From NCBI GenBank assembly GCA_038204425.1, contig JBBRCZ010000003.1, positions 150,383 to 214,382 of the forward strand: a DNA stretch of 64,000 nt. Reading direction: 5' to 3'. Source of the DNA: Spirochaetia bacterium (GTDB lineage: Bacteria; Spirochaetota; Spirochaetia; DSM-27196; Salinispiraceae). Positions within the stretch are counted from its first letter, which is position 1. Each line of letters starts with the position of its first letter. A program made the position numbers and the translations under genes. The notes beneath the pieces were generated by a model. It was not told the DNA's origin and did not search any database. It saw nothing but the letters and a program-made list of their open reading frames with translations. Shown here piece by piece: positions 27,903-37,739 of the stretch.

Positions 27903-28136
27903 ATGGAAAAAGAACTCATTGAATACGTTGCCAAATCATTGGTTGATGAGCCAGAGAAGGTAGAGGTTCATACAATTGAGGGCGAAAAATCAACTATTGT
28001 AGAACTTCGAGTTTCGCAGGACGATATAGGTAAGATTATTGGTAAGCACGGTCGAATTGCTCGAGCCTTAAGGACGATTTTGTCGGCAGCCTCAACGCGA
28101 TCTGGCAAGAGAGTCGTGCTAGAAATACTTGACTGA
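27903..28136 (+). CDS. khpA: KH-domain RNA-binding protein KhpA
   Basis: DIGKIIGKHGRIARALRT; position between rpsP and rimM. Confidence 0.92.
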   Translation: MEKELIEYVAKSLVDEPEKVEVHTIEGEKSTIVELRVSQDDIGKIIGKHGRIARALRTILSAASTRSGKRVVLEILD

Positions 28137-28143
28137 GTGAGTT

Positions 28144-28659
28144 TTGGTGTTAAAAAAAGATTTTTCTGTTGCAGTGATCAAGGCGCCTTATGGCCTCAAG
28201 GGAGAAAACAAGCTGCATAGTCTATCCGGTGAGTGGGAACATTTGTTTGCGCTGGCCGGACAAGAAGTAGAGCTTGTCAACAAGGGCTCTAGGTCAAGAC
28301 GTTTTGTTGAGACAGTACGTGAAGTGATTCCTCACGTCTTGATTCAATTTAAGGGCGTTGACAGCCCCGAGTCGGCCCGCAGTTTAGTTGGCAATGAGAT
28401 TGTCCTAGATCGTTCTAAGGCAGCTCCCCTGGCAGCCGGCGAATACTATCAAGCTGATTTGATCGGTTTTTCTTTGGTTTTTGAAGGTAAAGTTCTTGGC
28501 ACTGTTGAATCGTTTTGGGATAGCGGAGCCCATGACTTAATCGTGGTGACTCGTGCCGATCAATCGAAAGTCAATGTGCCTTTTTTAAAGCAGTTTATCG
28601 GCGAAGTAAGCATCGAAAAAGCAAGCATAGAGCTTTTGACCGCATGGATTCTTGCGTGA
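28144..28659 (+). CDS. rimM: Ribosome maturation factor RimM
   Basis: PYGLKGE, EYYQADLIG, GAHDLIVV, VPF; operon context. Confidence 0.92.
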   Translation: MVLKKDFSVAVIKAPYGLKGENKLHSLSGEWEHLFALAGQEVELVNKGSRSRRFVETVREVIPHVLIQFKGVDSPESARSLVGNEIVLDRSKAAPLAAGEYYQADLIGFSLVFEGKVLGTVESFWDSGAHDLIVVTRADQSKVNVPFLKQFIGEVSIEKASIELLTAWILA

Positions 28660-29408
28660 CATTTACTGTTTTGTCTTTGTTTCCTGAGATTTTGAATGGA
28701 TTTTTTGGCAGTTCTATTATGGCCAAAAGCATTGAGAAGGGCTTGATCGAGTACAAGCCGATTCAAATCCGTGATTTTTCCAGTGACAAGCACAAAAACT
28801 GTGATGATTCACCTTATGGTGGTGGCGCGGGTATGGTCCTTAAAGTTGAGCCAGTGGCTGCTGCGCTAGACGCTGTGCGTGCAAAGAGCAAGCGAGTCCT
28901 TTACATGAGTCCTTCTGGTAGAAGCTTTAATCAAGCTTACGCACAGGGGCTGGCAAAAGAAAGCGAACTTGTGATAATATGCGGTCGCTACGAGGGATTG
29001 GATCAACGACTTATTGATGAGTACGTTGACGACGAGATTTCTGTTGGTGATTACGTTCTGTCGTCAGGTGAGACGGCGGCCTTGGTGGTTATCGATGCTA
29101 TCTATCGTTTGCTGGATGGTGTTATAAATGGAGCGTCACTTATAGAAGAAAGCCACAGTGGTGGACTTCTTGAGTATCCGCACTACACGCGACCCGAAGT
29201 TTTTCGGGGAAGAGCGGTGCCTAAGGTGCTTTTATCGGGTCATCACAAAATGATCTCGAGATGGCGTCTTAAGCAGAGTCTCATCAAGACACTTAAATTT
29301 CGTCCTGATTTATGTCAGGACAAAACTTTGAGCAAAGAGTTGAGACAAATAAAGAATGAAATTTTTTCAAGGTTGGAAAACCAGGGAGAAGATGATGGAC
29401 TTAATTAG
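28656..29408 (+). CDS. trmD: tRNA (guanine-N1)-methyltransferase
   Basis: [46 protein letters not shown] overlap with the rimM stop. Confidence 0.96.
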   Translation: MTFTVLSLFPEILNGFFGSSIMAKSIEKGLIEYKPIQIRDFSSDKHKNCDDSPYGGGAGMVLKVEPVAAALDAVRAKSKRVLYMSPSGRSFNQAYAQGLAKESELVIICGRYEGLDQRLIDEYVDDEISVGDYVLSSGETAALVVIDAIYRLLDGVINGASLIEESHSGGLLEYPHYTRPEVFRGRAVPKVLLSGHHKMISRWRLKQSLIKTLKFRPDLCQDKTLSKELRQIKNEIFSRLENQGEDDGLN

Positions 29409-29778
29409 ATCGATTAACCAAGCTCAGTTGAAGGAGATTACTCCCTTCAATATTGGCGATACCGTAAAAATCAATTTTACGATTATCGAAGGAAAGACTG
29501 AGCGTATTCAGGCATATGAAGGCATTGTGATTGCACGCAACAACTACGGAATCGCCGAAACCATCACGGTTCGCAAGATTTCGTACGGCGTTGGTGTTGA
29601 GCGTGTTTTTCCTTTGCACTCACCACGCATAGCCGGTTTGGAGGTTATTCGACATGGTCGAGTACGTCGAGCCAAGTTGTATTACTTGCGCGGTCGCGTA
29701 GGCAAGAAGGCTAAGGTCAAGGATCTGATTCGCAGGAAGACTGTGGTCAGCGCTGAACCAACAAGCAACGACAATTAA
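29395..29778 (+). CDS. rplS: 50S ribosomal protein L19
   Basis: [40 protein letters not shown]. Confidence 0.97.
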   Translation: MDLIRSINQAQLKEITPFNIGDTVKINFTIIEGKTERIQAYEGIVIARNNYGIAETITVRKISYGVGVERVFPLHSPRIAGLEVIRHGRVRRAKLYYLRGRVGKKAKVKDLIRRKTVVSAEPTSNDN

Positions 29779-29799
29779 TCATTTGGGCTTTGTTTTAGC

Positions 29800-30696
29800 G
29801 TGAAAAACGTAACAGACAAGCAAAATGAATCAAAAGTTTTGCCGTCAAGTCAAAAACATCCTGTTCAAAAGCAGGATGTTTTTGTTTCTGCGAAGGCCAA
29901 AGATGCTGCATTAAAGCAAGGCACATTGCCGCTACTTGCAGTGACTCAATCGGCCCGCAGTATGCTGGCGTTCTACAGTTTAAACGGCAAGAGTATAATG
30001 GTGCCCACACTGGCCGAAAAATCACTTGAAGCTTTGTTCAGTAAACTTGGAAACCTCGCTACACCATTGATTCGCCAAAGAGCCACCGCACTATTTTTTC
30101 AAGTTTGGCAAGGTGAGACTCTCACGGCGACCATATATCAACAACTATTAAGTCTTGTCAAAAGCTGGAAAAGTCTGGCTAAGTTTGATCCCTTTCAAAA
30201 GTCAAAGTCGCAGCTCAACACAGAAGACACAAAAGACAAGAATGAAACCGAGCAGGTGAGTGAAGCGTTGCAGCCAATAGAACTTGACCTGACACAAGCA
30301 TGGCGCAGCTTAGAACAAGAGAGCCAGCATGCTAACAAAGATTGGAAGTGGAAGAACTATGTCCTTACTGTTGAAAGCAGTCAAATGGGTGGGTTTCAGG
30401 GCAATTTGAGATTTGCTCATTCCAGTAGGGCAACGAGCAGCCTAAGAATTGGGGTCGATTTTTTTACCGCAGACTGGTTTGTGTCTTTTTTTTGGGAAGA
30501 CAAAAAACAGGCGGTTTTGCGCTATCGAGCCTATCCTGAGCACCTGTGGTCACAAGAAGACTTAGCAAAGCTCAAGAACTACCTACCGCGAGATAGTTTT
30601 GCGAAATTTGAGGCAATGAATTCACAGGATTGGTACGACGGCTTTGATTTTTTTCCAAATAGCCATATAATCCATAACGTGGACGTGTTACAGTAA
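29800..30696 (+). CDS. Hypothetical protein (possibly FliK C-terminal-like partner of the FlhB-like gene)
   Basis: 298-aa ORF ending NVDVLQ directly before a FlhB C-terminal-like gene; function inferred from context only. Confidence 0.5.
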   Translation: MKNVTDKQNESKVLPSSQKHPVQKQDVFVSAKAKDAALKQGTLPLLAVTQSARSMLAFYSLNGKSIMVPTLAEKSLEALFSKLGNLATPLIRQRATALFFQVWQGETLTATIYQQLLSLVKSWKSLAKFDPFQKSKSQLNTEDTKDKNETEQVSEALQPIELDLTQAWRSLEQESQHANKDWKWKNYVLTVESSQMGGFQGNLRFAHSSRATSSLRIGVDFFTADWFVSFFWEDKKQAVLRYRAYPEHLWSQEDLAKLKNYLPRDSFAKFEAMNSQDWYDGFDFFPNSHIIHNVDVLQ

Positions 30697-30699
30697 TAT

Positions 30700-30975
30700 A
30701 TGCAAAACGCCGATGGTCATAAGAGGGCTTTGGCTCTTTGGTATACAAAAGACGTTCCAGCACCTTTGCTTGTAGCAAAAGGGCAGGGGCAGCTCGCGGA
30801 GAGAATTGTAGAAGTGGCCAAACGAAACGGGATTCCGGTTCAACAAGACCTGGCTTTAAGTTCAGAATTGATGGACTTGCGCATAGGTCAAGAGATTCCT
30901 GAACGCTGTTTTGAAGTTATTGCGGCTCTTTATCGTTTTGTATACGAACAAAGAGGCAAGTTTACGGGGAACTAG
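30700..30975 (+). CDS. FlhB C-terminal-like (EscU/YscU/HrcU family) small protein
   Basis: ALALWY...PAPLLVAKGQGQLAERIVEVAKRNGIPV, IGQEIPERCFEVIA. Confidence 0.88.
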   Translation: MQNADGHKRALALWYTKDVPAPLLVAKGQGQLAERIVEVAKRNGIPVQQDLALSSELMDLRIGQEIPERCFEVIAALYRFVYEQRGKFTGN

Positions 30976-32130
30976 ATGAAAACGATCAAAGTTAGTGACT
31001 TAAAAGAGGGAATGAAATTTAGCGATGATGTCTATGTTGACGGCAACAATTTGCTAGTGCCAAAAGACATTCCCCTCAAAGAAAAAGACCTTGCCCGACT
31101 TGTGAAGTGGAACATTCAAGACGTAATGACTGATGGCAGCATTGTTTCCGACGCACCAGCAATTGCTACAGGCGCAAAAAAAGAAGGCATGGCTCGTATG
31201 GCCTTTACCGGCAATTCTCAACGAGAGATGGCCGATACGTATTTAGAATTTCAGTCAGCACTCGAAGTCTTTTACGATCATATTCGCAATAACGAAGCTG
31301 TTGAGTCACAGGATATAAACCAATTAGTTGACAATATTCTCAAGATTTTGGTTGATCGTCGCAACGATTTTATTCAGTACATATTGTTTGGACTGCAAGG
31401 TGAGAGCGGCTACGTCGAAAACGCTATCAACTGTGCGGTCTTGAGTACCTTGGTGGCTCAAAACATGAACCTCCCGCGCCACAAAATTGTCCTCTTAGCT
31501 GCCGGAGCATTGTTGCACGATGTTGGTATGCTACGTGTTCCAAAAGAAATAGTGCAAAAGACGGAATCTCTGACAGGATCAGAGTTACAACAAATCAAGA
31601 CTCACCCAGTTCATTCTTATAGGGTTATTAGCAAAGAAATAAGAATGCCAGAAGAAGTTGGCCAAACAGCTTTGCAACACCAAGAACGCTGGGATGGTCT
31701 GGGTTACCCCAAAGGACTTAAAGGCAAAGAAATCACCGTCTTCGCGCGTATAGTCGCTGTAGCTGATGCTTTTGAAGCCATGGTAAGTGAACGCCCTTAT
31801 CGCGACAGCATGAATGGTTATGCCGCCATGCGCGCCATCATGAGTGACAACGGTAGGCGGTTTGACCCAGAGATTCTTAAAGTGTTTATTAAGGCTCTTG
31901 GTATTTATCCAATAGGTTCGATAGTCTTGCTTTCGGACGCGAGTATAGGTCGGGTTGTCGAGAACCACGGCGATGCTCCTTTGCGTCCGAGGATCAAAAT
32001 TATGATAGACTCACTTGGAAAAACACATTTCCAAGATGAAGGGCAAGTTATAGACCTAATGGAAGACCGATCTATTTTTATTGCTAGAGCAGTCAATACC
32101 AAAGAACTTAATGCATCGGTTGGGGCTTAA
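30976..32130 (+). CDS. HD-GYP domain c-di-GMP phosphodiesterase
   Basis: LLHDVG, HQERWDGLGYP, VADAFEAMVSERPYR, GIYPIGSIV. Confidence 0.9.
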   Translation: MKTIKVSDLKEGMKFSDDVYVDGNNLLVPKDIPLKEKDLARLVKWNIQDVMTDGSIVSDAPAIATGAKKEGMARMAFTGNSQREMADTYLEFQSALEVFYDHIRNNEAVESQDINQLVDNILKILVDRRNDFIQYILFGLQGESGYVENAINCAVLSTLVAQNMNLPRHKIVLLAAGALLHDVGMLRVPKEIVQKTESLTGSELQQIKTHPVHSYRVISKEIRMPEEVGQTALQHQERWDGLGYPKGLKGKEITVFARIVAVADAFEAMVSERPYRDSMNGYAAMRAIMSDNGRRFDPEILKVFIKALGIYPIGSIVLLSDASIGRVVENHGDAPLRPRIKIMIDSLGKTHFQDEGQVIDLMEDRSIFIARAVNTKELNASVGA

Positions 32131-32509
32131 AAAAACGATACGCTCAGACCAGGGCCGCCGAGACAGAGGCGCGCACGGGGAAGCCTTAGCAGCAAAGTTT
32201 CTTGAAGAACAGGGGATGCAAATTCTGCAAAGGAACTTCAGAAATAGGTATGGAGAGGTCGATATTATAGTCAGGGATGGTTCAAGCGTTGGCTTTGTAG
32301 AAGTTAAGACTTGGAAACCAGAAAATTTGAGCCAGCTTTCAAAAACACTTGGGAAAACCAAATGTGCAAGGATGCGTGTTCTGGCTCAAGATTGGTTGCA
32401 AACTTGTGTGGGTTTGGTCGGCGTAGATAGTTTGCGACTCGACTTGTGCTTGGTAGACTTGATTTCGGGAAGTGTTGAGTATTTTCCATCAGCGCTTGAC
32501 TATCGTTAA
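32111..32509 (+). CDS. yraN: YraN family (UPF0102) nuclease-like protein
   Basis: GAHGEALAAKFL, RNFRNRYGEVDII, FVEVK, RLD. Confidence 0.85.
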   Translation: MHRLGLKKTIRSDQGRRDRGAHGEALAAKFLEEQGMQILQRNFRNRYGEVDIIVRDGSSVGFVEVKTWKPENLSQLSKTLGKTKCARMRVLAQDWLQTCVGLVGVDSLRLDLCLVDLISGSVEYFPSALDYR

Positions 32510-32528
32510 AAAGAGGGTAGGAACTTAC

Positions 32529-32711
32529 ATGCATTTTTTTGAACATGAACATAGGCAAGAAAATGATAGCAGCCAACTCTCGTCTAGTCAAATTGAAGAC
32601 ATTAGAAAGAAGCTGGAAAGCAATCCCTATATGCTTGATGCCGTCCAGAGCTTGGCAAGCGAACTTAGCATAGAGTTAATGGAAAATCAGTACGGTATTT
32701 CTTTTCATTGA
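32529..32711 (+). CDS. Small hypothetical protein, FlgM C-terminal-like
   Basis: 60 aa with purine-rich SD; IEDIRKKLESNPYMLDAVQSLASEL. Confidence 0.5.
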   Translation: MHFFEHEHRQENDSSQLSSSQIEDIRKKLESNPYMLDAVQSLASELSIELMENQYGISFH

Positions 32712-33412
32712 GACAGTGGCGGCAAGCCGGAAATGCTCCTTATCAAATTCATAGCTCGATCACGGGTCTGTTTTAGATAAGAATAATTCTGCGACAGCCT
32801 AAATAGTGATTCAAACAATTCATCAGATGCAATTTTTTTTCCTCGTTGGTAGTACTTCTCAATAACCAAGCAAATGTTGTTCATTAGGTCATTGTGAGGT
32901 CCATGGGGAAAGTTGTCGGATAGATGCCGAGTCAAGTGCAGAGTGGTTTCTTGCTTTGGTTCAGCTTCTAGCAAAGCCCAGCTTCGCCAAGCTTCACCAA
33001 GAACTGTGGCGTCCTTTTCCAATGCAATAATCTGCGCCAACAAGTCGATTGCTGCTTCACCTCCACACAAAACCAATAGGCTAAGAGCCTGAAGTCTCAC
33101 CTCCACCTGTCTGTTTATTGATTTGCTTTCTGGTAGCACTGTAGTGGTCCACATGCCAATTGACACAACTTTGAGTAAATTAAATAAATTTGGATCGTTT
33201 GCACCGGTCTGGCCAAGCTTAATTGCTTCCTCTAGTTGGCCAAGTGCAAGATACTGTAGGTCTTTGTTCTTGTGTGAAAGCAGACCCAAAGACAGCTCAT
33301 ATTGGCCTTGGTCCAGATGGGGCCTTGAGACGGCAACCCAAGTTGATTCTTGGGCTGCAAGACTGGGCAAGAGTACAAAAACTAGGCAGTACAAGGCAAG
33401 AAAGCGCCACAT
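32705..33412 (-). CDS. Exported HEAT-repeat-like protein
   Basis: Signal peptide; EVRLQALSLLVLCGG and EKDATVLGEA helical repeats. Confidence 0.6.
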   Translation of the reverse strand: MWRFLALYCLVFVLLPSLAAQESTWVAVSRPHLDQGQYELSLGLLSHKNKDLQYLALGQLEEAIKLGQTGANDPNLFNLLKVVSIGMWTTTVLPESKSINRQVEVRLQALSLLVLCGGEAAIDLLAQIIALEKDATVLGEAWRSWALLEAEPKQETTLHLTRHLSDNFPHGPHNDLMNNICLVIEKYYQRGKKIASDELFESLFRLSQNYSYLKQTRDRAMNLIRSISGLPPLSQ

Positions 33413-33431
33413 GAGATCAGTCTAACACGAC

Positions 33432-33460
33432 TTGACCGCAATTAGATAGGCAGTTACTAT
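33432..33460 (+). promoter_or_regulatory. sigma70 promoter of coaD (probably leaderless)
   Basis: TTGACC-N17-TACTAT, 5 nt before the ATG; no SD. Confidence 0.55.
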
Positions 33461-33465
33461 CGCCT

Positions 33466-33945
33466 ATGCTTACCGTTCTGTTTCCAGGTTCATTTGATCC
33501 TCCAACCAATGGGCACTTAAATTTGATCCATAGATCAGCGACTATCTATGACCATGTACATGTAGTCGTGGCCGTAAACAACCAAAAGTCGTATACTTTT
33601 AGTGCCGAAGAGCGACTAGAAATGATGCAGAAAATTTGCGCGCGGTTTAGCAATGTAAGTGTTCACCTCTGGGACAAACTGGTGGTTGAATTTGCGCGTC
33701 AAGTTAAGGCTCGCGTCATGGTAAGAGGAGTAAGGGCCTTGGCAGACTTCAATTACGAGTTTGAGTTATCTATCCTAAACAAAGGACTTGATCCAGATAT
33801 CGAAACAGTCTTTATGCCAACTGATCCCCAATATTTTGTGCTACGTTCGTCCGCAATCAAAGAACTTGCTCGCCTTGGTGGTGATATTTCCAAGATGGTT
33901 CCTCAAGAAATAGTGAAAGACGTTATCGCCAGAATGCGAAAATAA
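33466..33945 (+). CDS. coaD: Pantetheine-phosphate adenylyltransferase
   Basis: FPGSFDPPTNGH, VRGVR..DFNYE, SSAIKELA. Confidence 0.96.
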   Translation: MLTVLFPGSFDPPTNGHLNLIHRSATIYDHVHVVVAVNNQKSYTFSAEERLEMMQKICARFSNVSVHLWDKLVVEFARQVKARVMVRGVRALADFNYEFELSILNKGLDPDIETVFMPTDPQYFVLRSSAIKELARLGGDISKMVPQEIVKDVIARMRK

Positions 33946-33991
33946 GTTGACCTGCATAAGCCGATGATAGCATTTTTGATTTAGGCGACTA

Positions 33992-34020
33992 TTGACATCT
34001 ATGTTGCTATCCGGTAAGGT
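33992..34020 (+). promoter_or_regulatory. sigma70 promoter of rpmF-acpP-rnc
   Basis: TTGACA-N17-TAAGGT. Confidence 0.5.
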
Positions 34021-34058
34021 GCTAAACAATTATTGTTAATAAGTGAGGAAGAGTTAAC

Positions 34059-34247
34059 ATGGCAGTACCAAAGCATCGTACCTCTAAAGCGAGGACACGA
34101 CGCCGAGCCTCCATAAACTCCAAGCTTGTAGTTTCAAGCTTGTCGGAATGCCCTAACTGCGGTGGTATGAAAATGCCACACAGAGTGTGTCCCAAGTGTG
34201 GTTTTTATAGAGGAAAGCAAGTAATCAATCCTGAAAATCTGGCATAA
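34059..34247 (+). CDS. rpmF: 50S ribosomal protein L32
   Basis: MAVPKHRTSK, CxxC...PHRVCxxCG. Confidence 0.96.
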   Translation: MAVPKHRTSKARTRRRASINSKLVVSSLSECPNCGGMKMPHRVCPKCGFYRGKQVINPENLA

Positions 34248-34289
34248 TACCGGAATGTACATGTCCGGATACAACAATTGGAGGAAGCA

Positions 34290-34529
34290 ATGGCTGATGA
34301 ATTGTTCGAGAAGTTAAAGAAGTTGATCGCTGACAAATTGGAAGTCGAGGAGTCTAAAATTACTCCCGAAGCATCTTTTCGCCAAGATCTTGGTGCAGAC
34401 AGCCTTGACACGTATGAATTGGTGTACGCGATAGAAGAAGAGCTTGGAATTCAAATTCCAGACGAAAAAGCAAACGAGTTCGAAACCGTCAAGGACGCTC
34501 TGGAATTTATTCGTTCTGCTCAGAAGTAA
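34290..34529 (+). CDS. acpP: Acyl carrier protein
   Basis: DLGADSLD phosphopantetheine site; GGAGG SD. Confidence 0.96.
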   Translation: MADELFEKLKKLIADKLEVEESKITPEASFRQDLGADSLDTYELVYAIEEELGIQIPDEKANEFETVKDALEFIRSAQK

Positions 34530-34556
34530 GCTTTTGTAACTGCTGATTGTAAAAGA

Positions 34557-35282
34557 ATGAGCGTAAAGCCAGCCTTTGACGATGAGCGAAAACGTTTATT
34601 ACTATCGTTTCAAAAAAAATGTAAACTTAGGTTCAAGAGCTTAGAGCTTTTGAACCTTTCTTTTTGTCATCGATCTTGGTCAAATGAAAAATCTGACAAT
34701 CCCCATAACAATGAGCGGCTAGAATTTTTGGGTGACTCGGTTCTGGGCATGGTTGTCGCTGGCTATCTTTTTGAAAACTATCCGCACTATTCCGAGGGAG
34801 AACTCGCCAAAATTAAGGCTTTTGTAGTGTCAGAAGAGAGTCTGGCATCAATCGCGCTTAGCTTGCACCTGCCTGACTTTTTGCTTTTGGGCAAGGGTGA
34901 AGAGATGTCCGGCGGCAGAAATCGCAAGGCAATTCTCGCCGACGCTTTGGAAGCCGTCATCGGGGCCATCTACTCAGATTCTGGCATAAAGAATGTTCAA
35001 GACTTTATATTGGCCGTACTGATTCCGGAAATTGAGAATGTAGTTAACGACAAACACAAAAAAGACTATAAAACACTATTGCAAGAAGCCGTTCAAAAAA
35101 ACTACAAAATGTTTCCACGCTATGTTTTGACCAGCAAGTCTGGTCCAGATCACGATAAGATCTTCTGGATGGAAGTCCATATTGCTCAAGAAAGTTTTGG
35201 TCCGGCAAGTGGTAGCAATAAAAAAATGGCCGAACAAGCTTGTGCTCAAATCGCGTGGCAGGCACTTTTCTCTTTAACCTAG
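34557..35282 (+). CDS. rnc: Ribonuclease III
   Basis: NERLEFLGDSVLG, ADALEAVIGAIY, dsRBD DYKTLLQE...GPDH. Confidence 0.96.
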   Translation: MSVKPAFDDERKRLLLSFQKKCKLRFKSLELLNLSFCHRSWSNEKSDNPHNNERLEFLGDSVLGMVVAGYLFENYPHYSEGELAKIKAFVVSEESLASIALSLHLPDFLLLGKGEEMSGGRNRKAILADALEAVIGAIYSDSGIKNVQDFILAVLIPEIENVVNDKHKKDYKTLLQEAVQKNYKMFPRYVLTSKSGPDHDKIFWMEVHIAQESFGPASGSNKKMAEQACAQIAWQALFSLT

Positions 35283-36575
35283 TCCTTGATAGTAGAGCAT
35301 TGCTTGTGCACAAAGATACTCACGTCGATTTTTTTTTGGATCAGCAATAACCTCTGCAAGTAAGGACTGCAGAATCACACCCAATCTTTTGTCCTTTACT
35401 ATACCAAGAGCCAAGAGATCTACCCCAGTGACACTCAATTGTCCAAGGGAAAGCGGTGGGTCTTGCTCGAGCAGCAGCTGACAGCGATTTAGGGCCTTGG
35501 CAGAGTTAGGGCGATTGCCTTTGAAGGCAGCATAGGTCTCATGGAGATTGATGAGCGATAGAGCGACTTCTCGGCCCGCATCGGCCATAAAAAGGCGCAA
35601 TCGGGCATCGGACCACGTTTCCTGATAGAGATCAAGAGATAGCTCCGTTGATTTGAGAACAAAGCGCAGTTCTTGCTTACTTAGCTTCAACGACCGCAGG
35701 GTCTGCTCCAATGCTGCGAGATCAGTGCTGCCAATAAACAGACCAGCTAAGCTCAGCAAATAGTCATCGTGGATGGTAGCTAGGCAGTTGAGGCGTAGCA
35801 AAAATTCATCCTCATTGAGCAACATAAAACTTGGCATAAAGGTAGTAAGAATGTGGAGTTGGTTCAACATCTTTAGGCCGGCACTTGCTTGCTTTGAGGT
35901 CAAAATCTTAAACAGTTCGTCCCTAAAGCGCTCCACCGAAACGCCACTTAGGCCCTGAGCAGACTTCTTCATTCCGGCGAGTGTCTCTGGGCTAATAGTA
36001 AAGTTGAGCTGGCATGCAAAGCGAATACCTCTTACAATGCGTAGCGCATCCTCATTAAAACGATCAAGTGCCTTGCCGACGGTCCTAATCAGGCCTGCCT
36101 TGAGGTCATCTTGCCCTCCGTGAGGGTCTATTAAGATTGATCGATCTAAATCAATCGCCATAGCGTTTACCGTGAAGTCACGACGTTTAAGGTCCTGATA
36201 AAGATCTTGTGTAAAGTGAACCTGATCTGGACGCCTAGCGTCACTGTAGTCGCCATCTATCCTAAAGGTGGTTAGTTCAAAGTGAATGCCTGATTCTACA
36301 ATGGTGACTGTTCCGTGTTGTATGCCAGTTGGAATGACCGTGCGAAAAAGTGGAATAATTTCATGCGGAAGTGCATTTCCTGCCAGATCGAGGTCCTTTG
36401 GTTTGTAGCCCAAAACCAAATTTCTGACTGCTCCGCCTACCAAAATTGTTCTAAAACCAGCCTTTGAGAGACGTGTCCTAACCCTTCCAAGTGCAGTCCA
36501 TTCATGGCCGAGTACTGATTGGGCGAGCTTGATGAGTTGGTCTGCTGAGGACTCAATGCTAATTTGATTTGGCAC
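35274..36575 (-). CDS. cca: CCA tRNA nucleotidyltransferase
   Basis: VGGAVR..DLD, GIQHGTV, DLKRRDFTVNAMA, RFNEDALRIVR, SVERFRDE. Confidence 0.88.
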   Translation of the reverse strand: MPNQISIESSADQLIKLAQSVLGHEWTALGRVRTRLSKAGFRTILVGGAVRNLVLGYKPKDLDLAGNALPHEIIPLFRTVIPTGIQHGTVTIVESGIHFELTTFRIDGDYSDARRPDQVHFTQDLYQDLKRRDFTVNAMAIDLDRSILIDPHGGQDDLKAGLIRTVGKALDRFNEDALRIVRGIRFACQLNFTISPETLAGMKKSAQGLSGVSVERFRDELFKILTSKQASAGLKMLNQLHILTTFMPSFMLLNEDEFLLRLNCLATIHDDYLLSLAGLFIGSTDLAALEQTLRSLKLSKQELRFVLKSTELSLDLYQETWSDARLRLFMADAGREVALSLINLHETYAAFKGNRPNSAKALNRCQLLLEQDPPLSLGQLSVTGVDLLALGIVKDKRLGVILQSLLAEVIADPKKNRREYLCAQAMLYYQGLG

Positions 36576-36611
36576 AAGATACTATTTCATGCAGATTGTT
36601 AGACTGTCAAT

Positions 36612-36641
36612 AAAAAAACCGCCCCTTTGTGGAGCGGTTTC
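36612..36641 (-). terminator. Rho-independent terminator of flaB
   Basis: Minus strand AAACCGCTCC-ACAAA-GGGGCGGTTT plus T tract. Confidence 0.8.
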
Positions 36642-36671
36642 TTGCGAACCCAAAAGACTTTGGCTTTTGGA

Positions 36672-37544
36672 CTACTGAAGAAGCTGCAGAACCTGTTGGT
36701 TCTTTTGGTTGGCTTGTGCAAGCATTGCATTGGCGCTCTGAGTAAGGATCTGGTTTTTGGTAAACTCGACAGTTTCCTTAGCCATGTCCACATCACGAAT
36801 GCGGCTTTCGCTAGCCTGCAAGTTTTCTGCACCAATACTCAAACCAGCACGAGCGAGCTCGAGTCGGTTCTGGTAGGCGCCGAGGTCAGCACGTTGCTTA
36901 GATACAGCCTTGAGGGCCTTATCCAAGACACCAATTACTGTGTTTGCTTTGTCTGGAGTTGACAGGCTGATAAAGCTGGCGGTGTGTGGCAAGCCTGATG
37001 TACTCTGGAGACCCAAACCTTGGGCAGTCATGGTACCGATGTAAACACGTTCGCGTTGGTCCATGTTGGCACCAATGTGGAACCACATAGAAGCGGTAAC
37101 AGTGTTAGTACCGGTGTCTGCAGCGAACCTACCGGTCAACAAGTTCATGCCGTTAAACTGGGCATGGCTGGCTACGCGATTGATTTCGTCTACGAGCTGA
37201 CTAACTTCAACCTGGATCTGCATTCTGTCTTCTGACGAATAAATACCGTTTGAAGACTGAACAGCGAGTTCACGAATACGTTGCAAAACATCTTGTGATT
37301 CTTGCAAATAACCTTCGGCAGTCTGGATTAGAGAAATACCATCGGCAGCGTTCCGTTCGGCTTGGTTCAAACCGCGGATTTGTGAACGCATCTTTTCTGA
37401 CACTGCCAGACCAGACGCATCGTCACCGGCACGGTTGATTCTCAGGCCAGAACTCAGTTTTTCGATGTTCTTTTCTAGTCCAATATCATTGAACTTGTTC
37501 TGGCGCTGAGCGAACATAGCACTCAGGTTGTGATTGATTATCAT
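36672..37544 (-). CDS. flaB: Periplasmic flagellar filament core protein FlaB
   Basis: [64 protein letters not shown]. Confidence 0.96.
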   Translation of the reverse strand: MIINHNLSAMFAQRQNKFNDIGLEKNIEKLSSGLRINRAGDDASGLAVSEKMRSQIRGLNQAERNAADGISLIQTAEGYLQESQDVLQRIRELAVQSSNGIYSSEDRMQIQVEVSQLVDEINRVASHAQFNGMNLLTGRFAADTGTNTVTASMWFHIGANMDQRERVYIGTMTAQGLGLQSTSGLPHTASFISLSTPDKANTVIGVLDKALKAVSKQRADLGAYQNRLELARAGLSIGAENLQASESRIRDVDMAKETVEFTKNQILTQSANAMLAQANQKNQQVLQLLQ

Positions 37545-37670
37545 ACAATCCTCCTTGACATTGGTCCACGTAAACTTCCTTGTCTACGTCGTCACAAAAA
37601 ACTACGTTTTTTGCAAACGCTCAGTCTCATTTTCGGCAACGCCGGTGTGACTGGGGCACTCCTGTATTTA

Positions 37671-37698
37671 CTCTCGGCAAACAACCAAGCAAGCTTGA
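37671..37698 (-). promoter_or_regulatory. sigma28 (FliA)-type promoter of flaB
   Basis: Minus strand TCAA-N16-GCCGAGAG versus consensus TAAA-N15-GCCGATAA. Confidence 0.55.
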
Positions 37699-37739
37699 GA
37701 GATCTTGCTCAAATTTGTAAAAGTATGCAGACTGCTTTA

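Noticed and set aside
37530..37739. thiN N-terminal extension, or a TPP riboswitch upstream of thiN
   Set aside because: The region is the flaB promoter/leader; no TPP aptamer core (CUGAGA...CUGAU...AAU) is recognisable.
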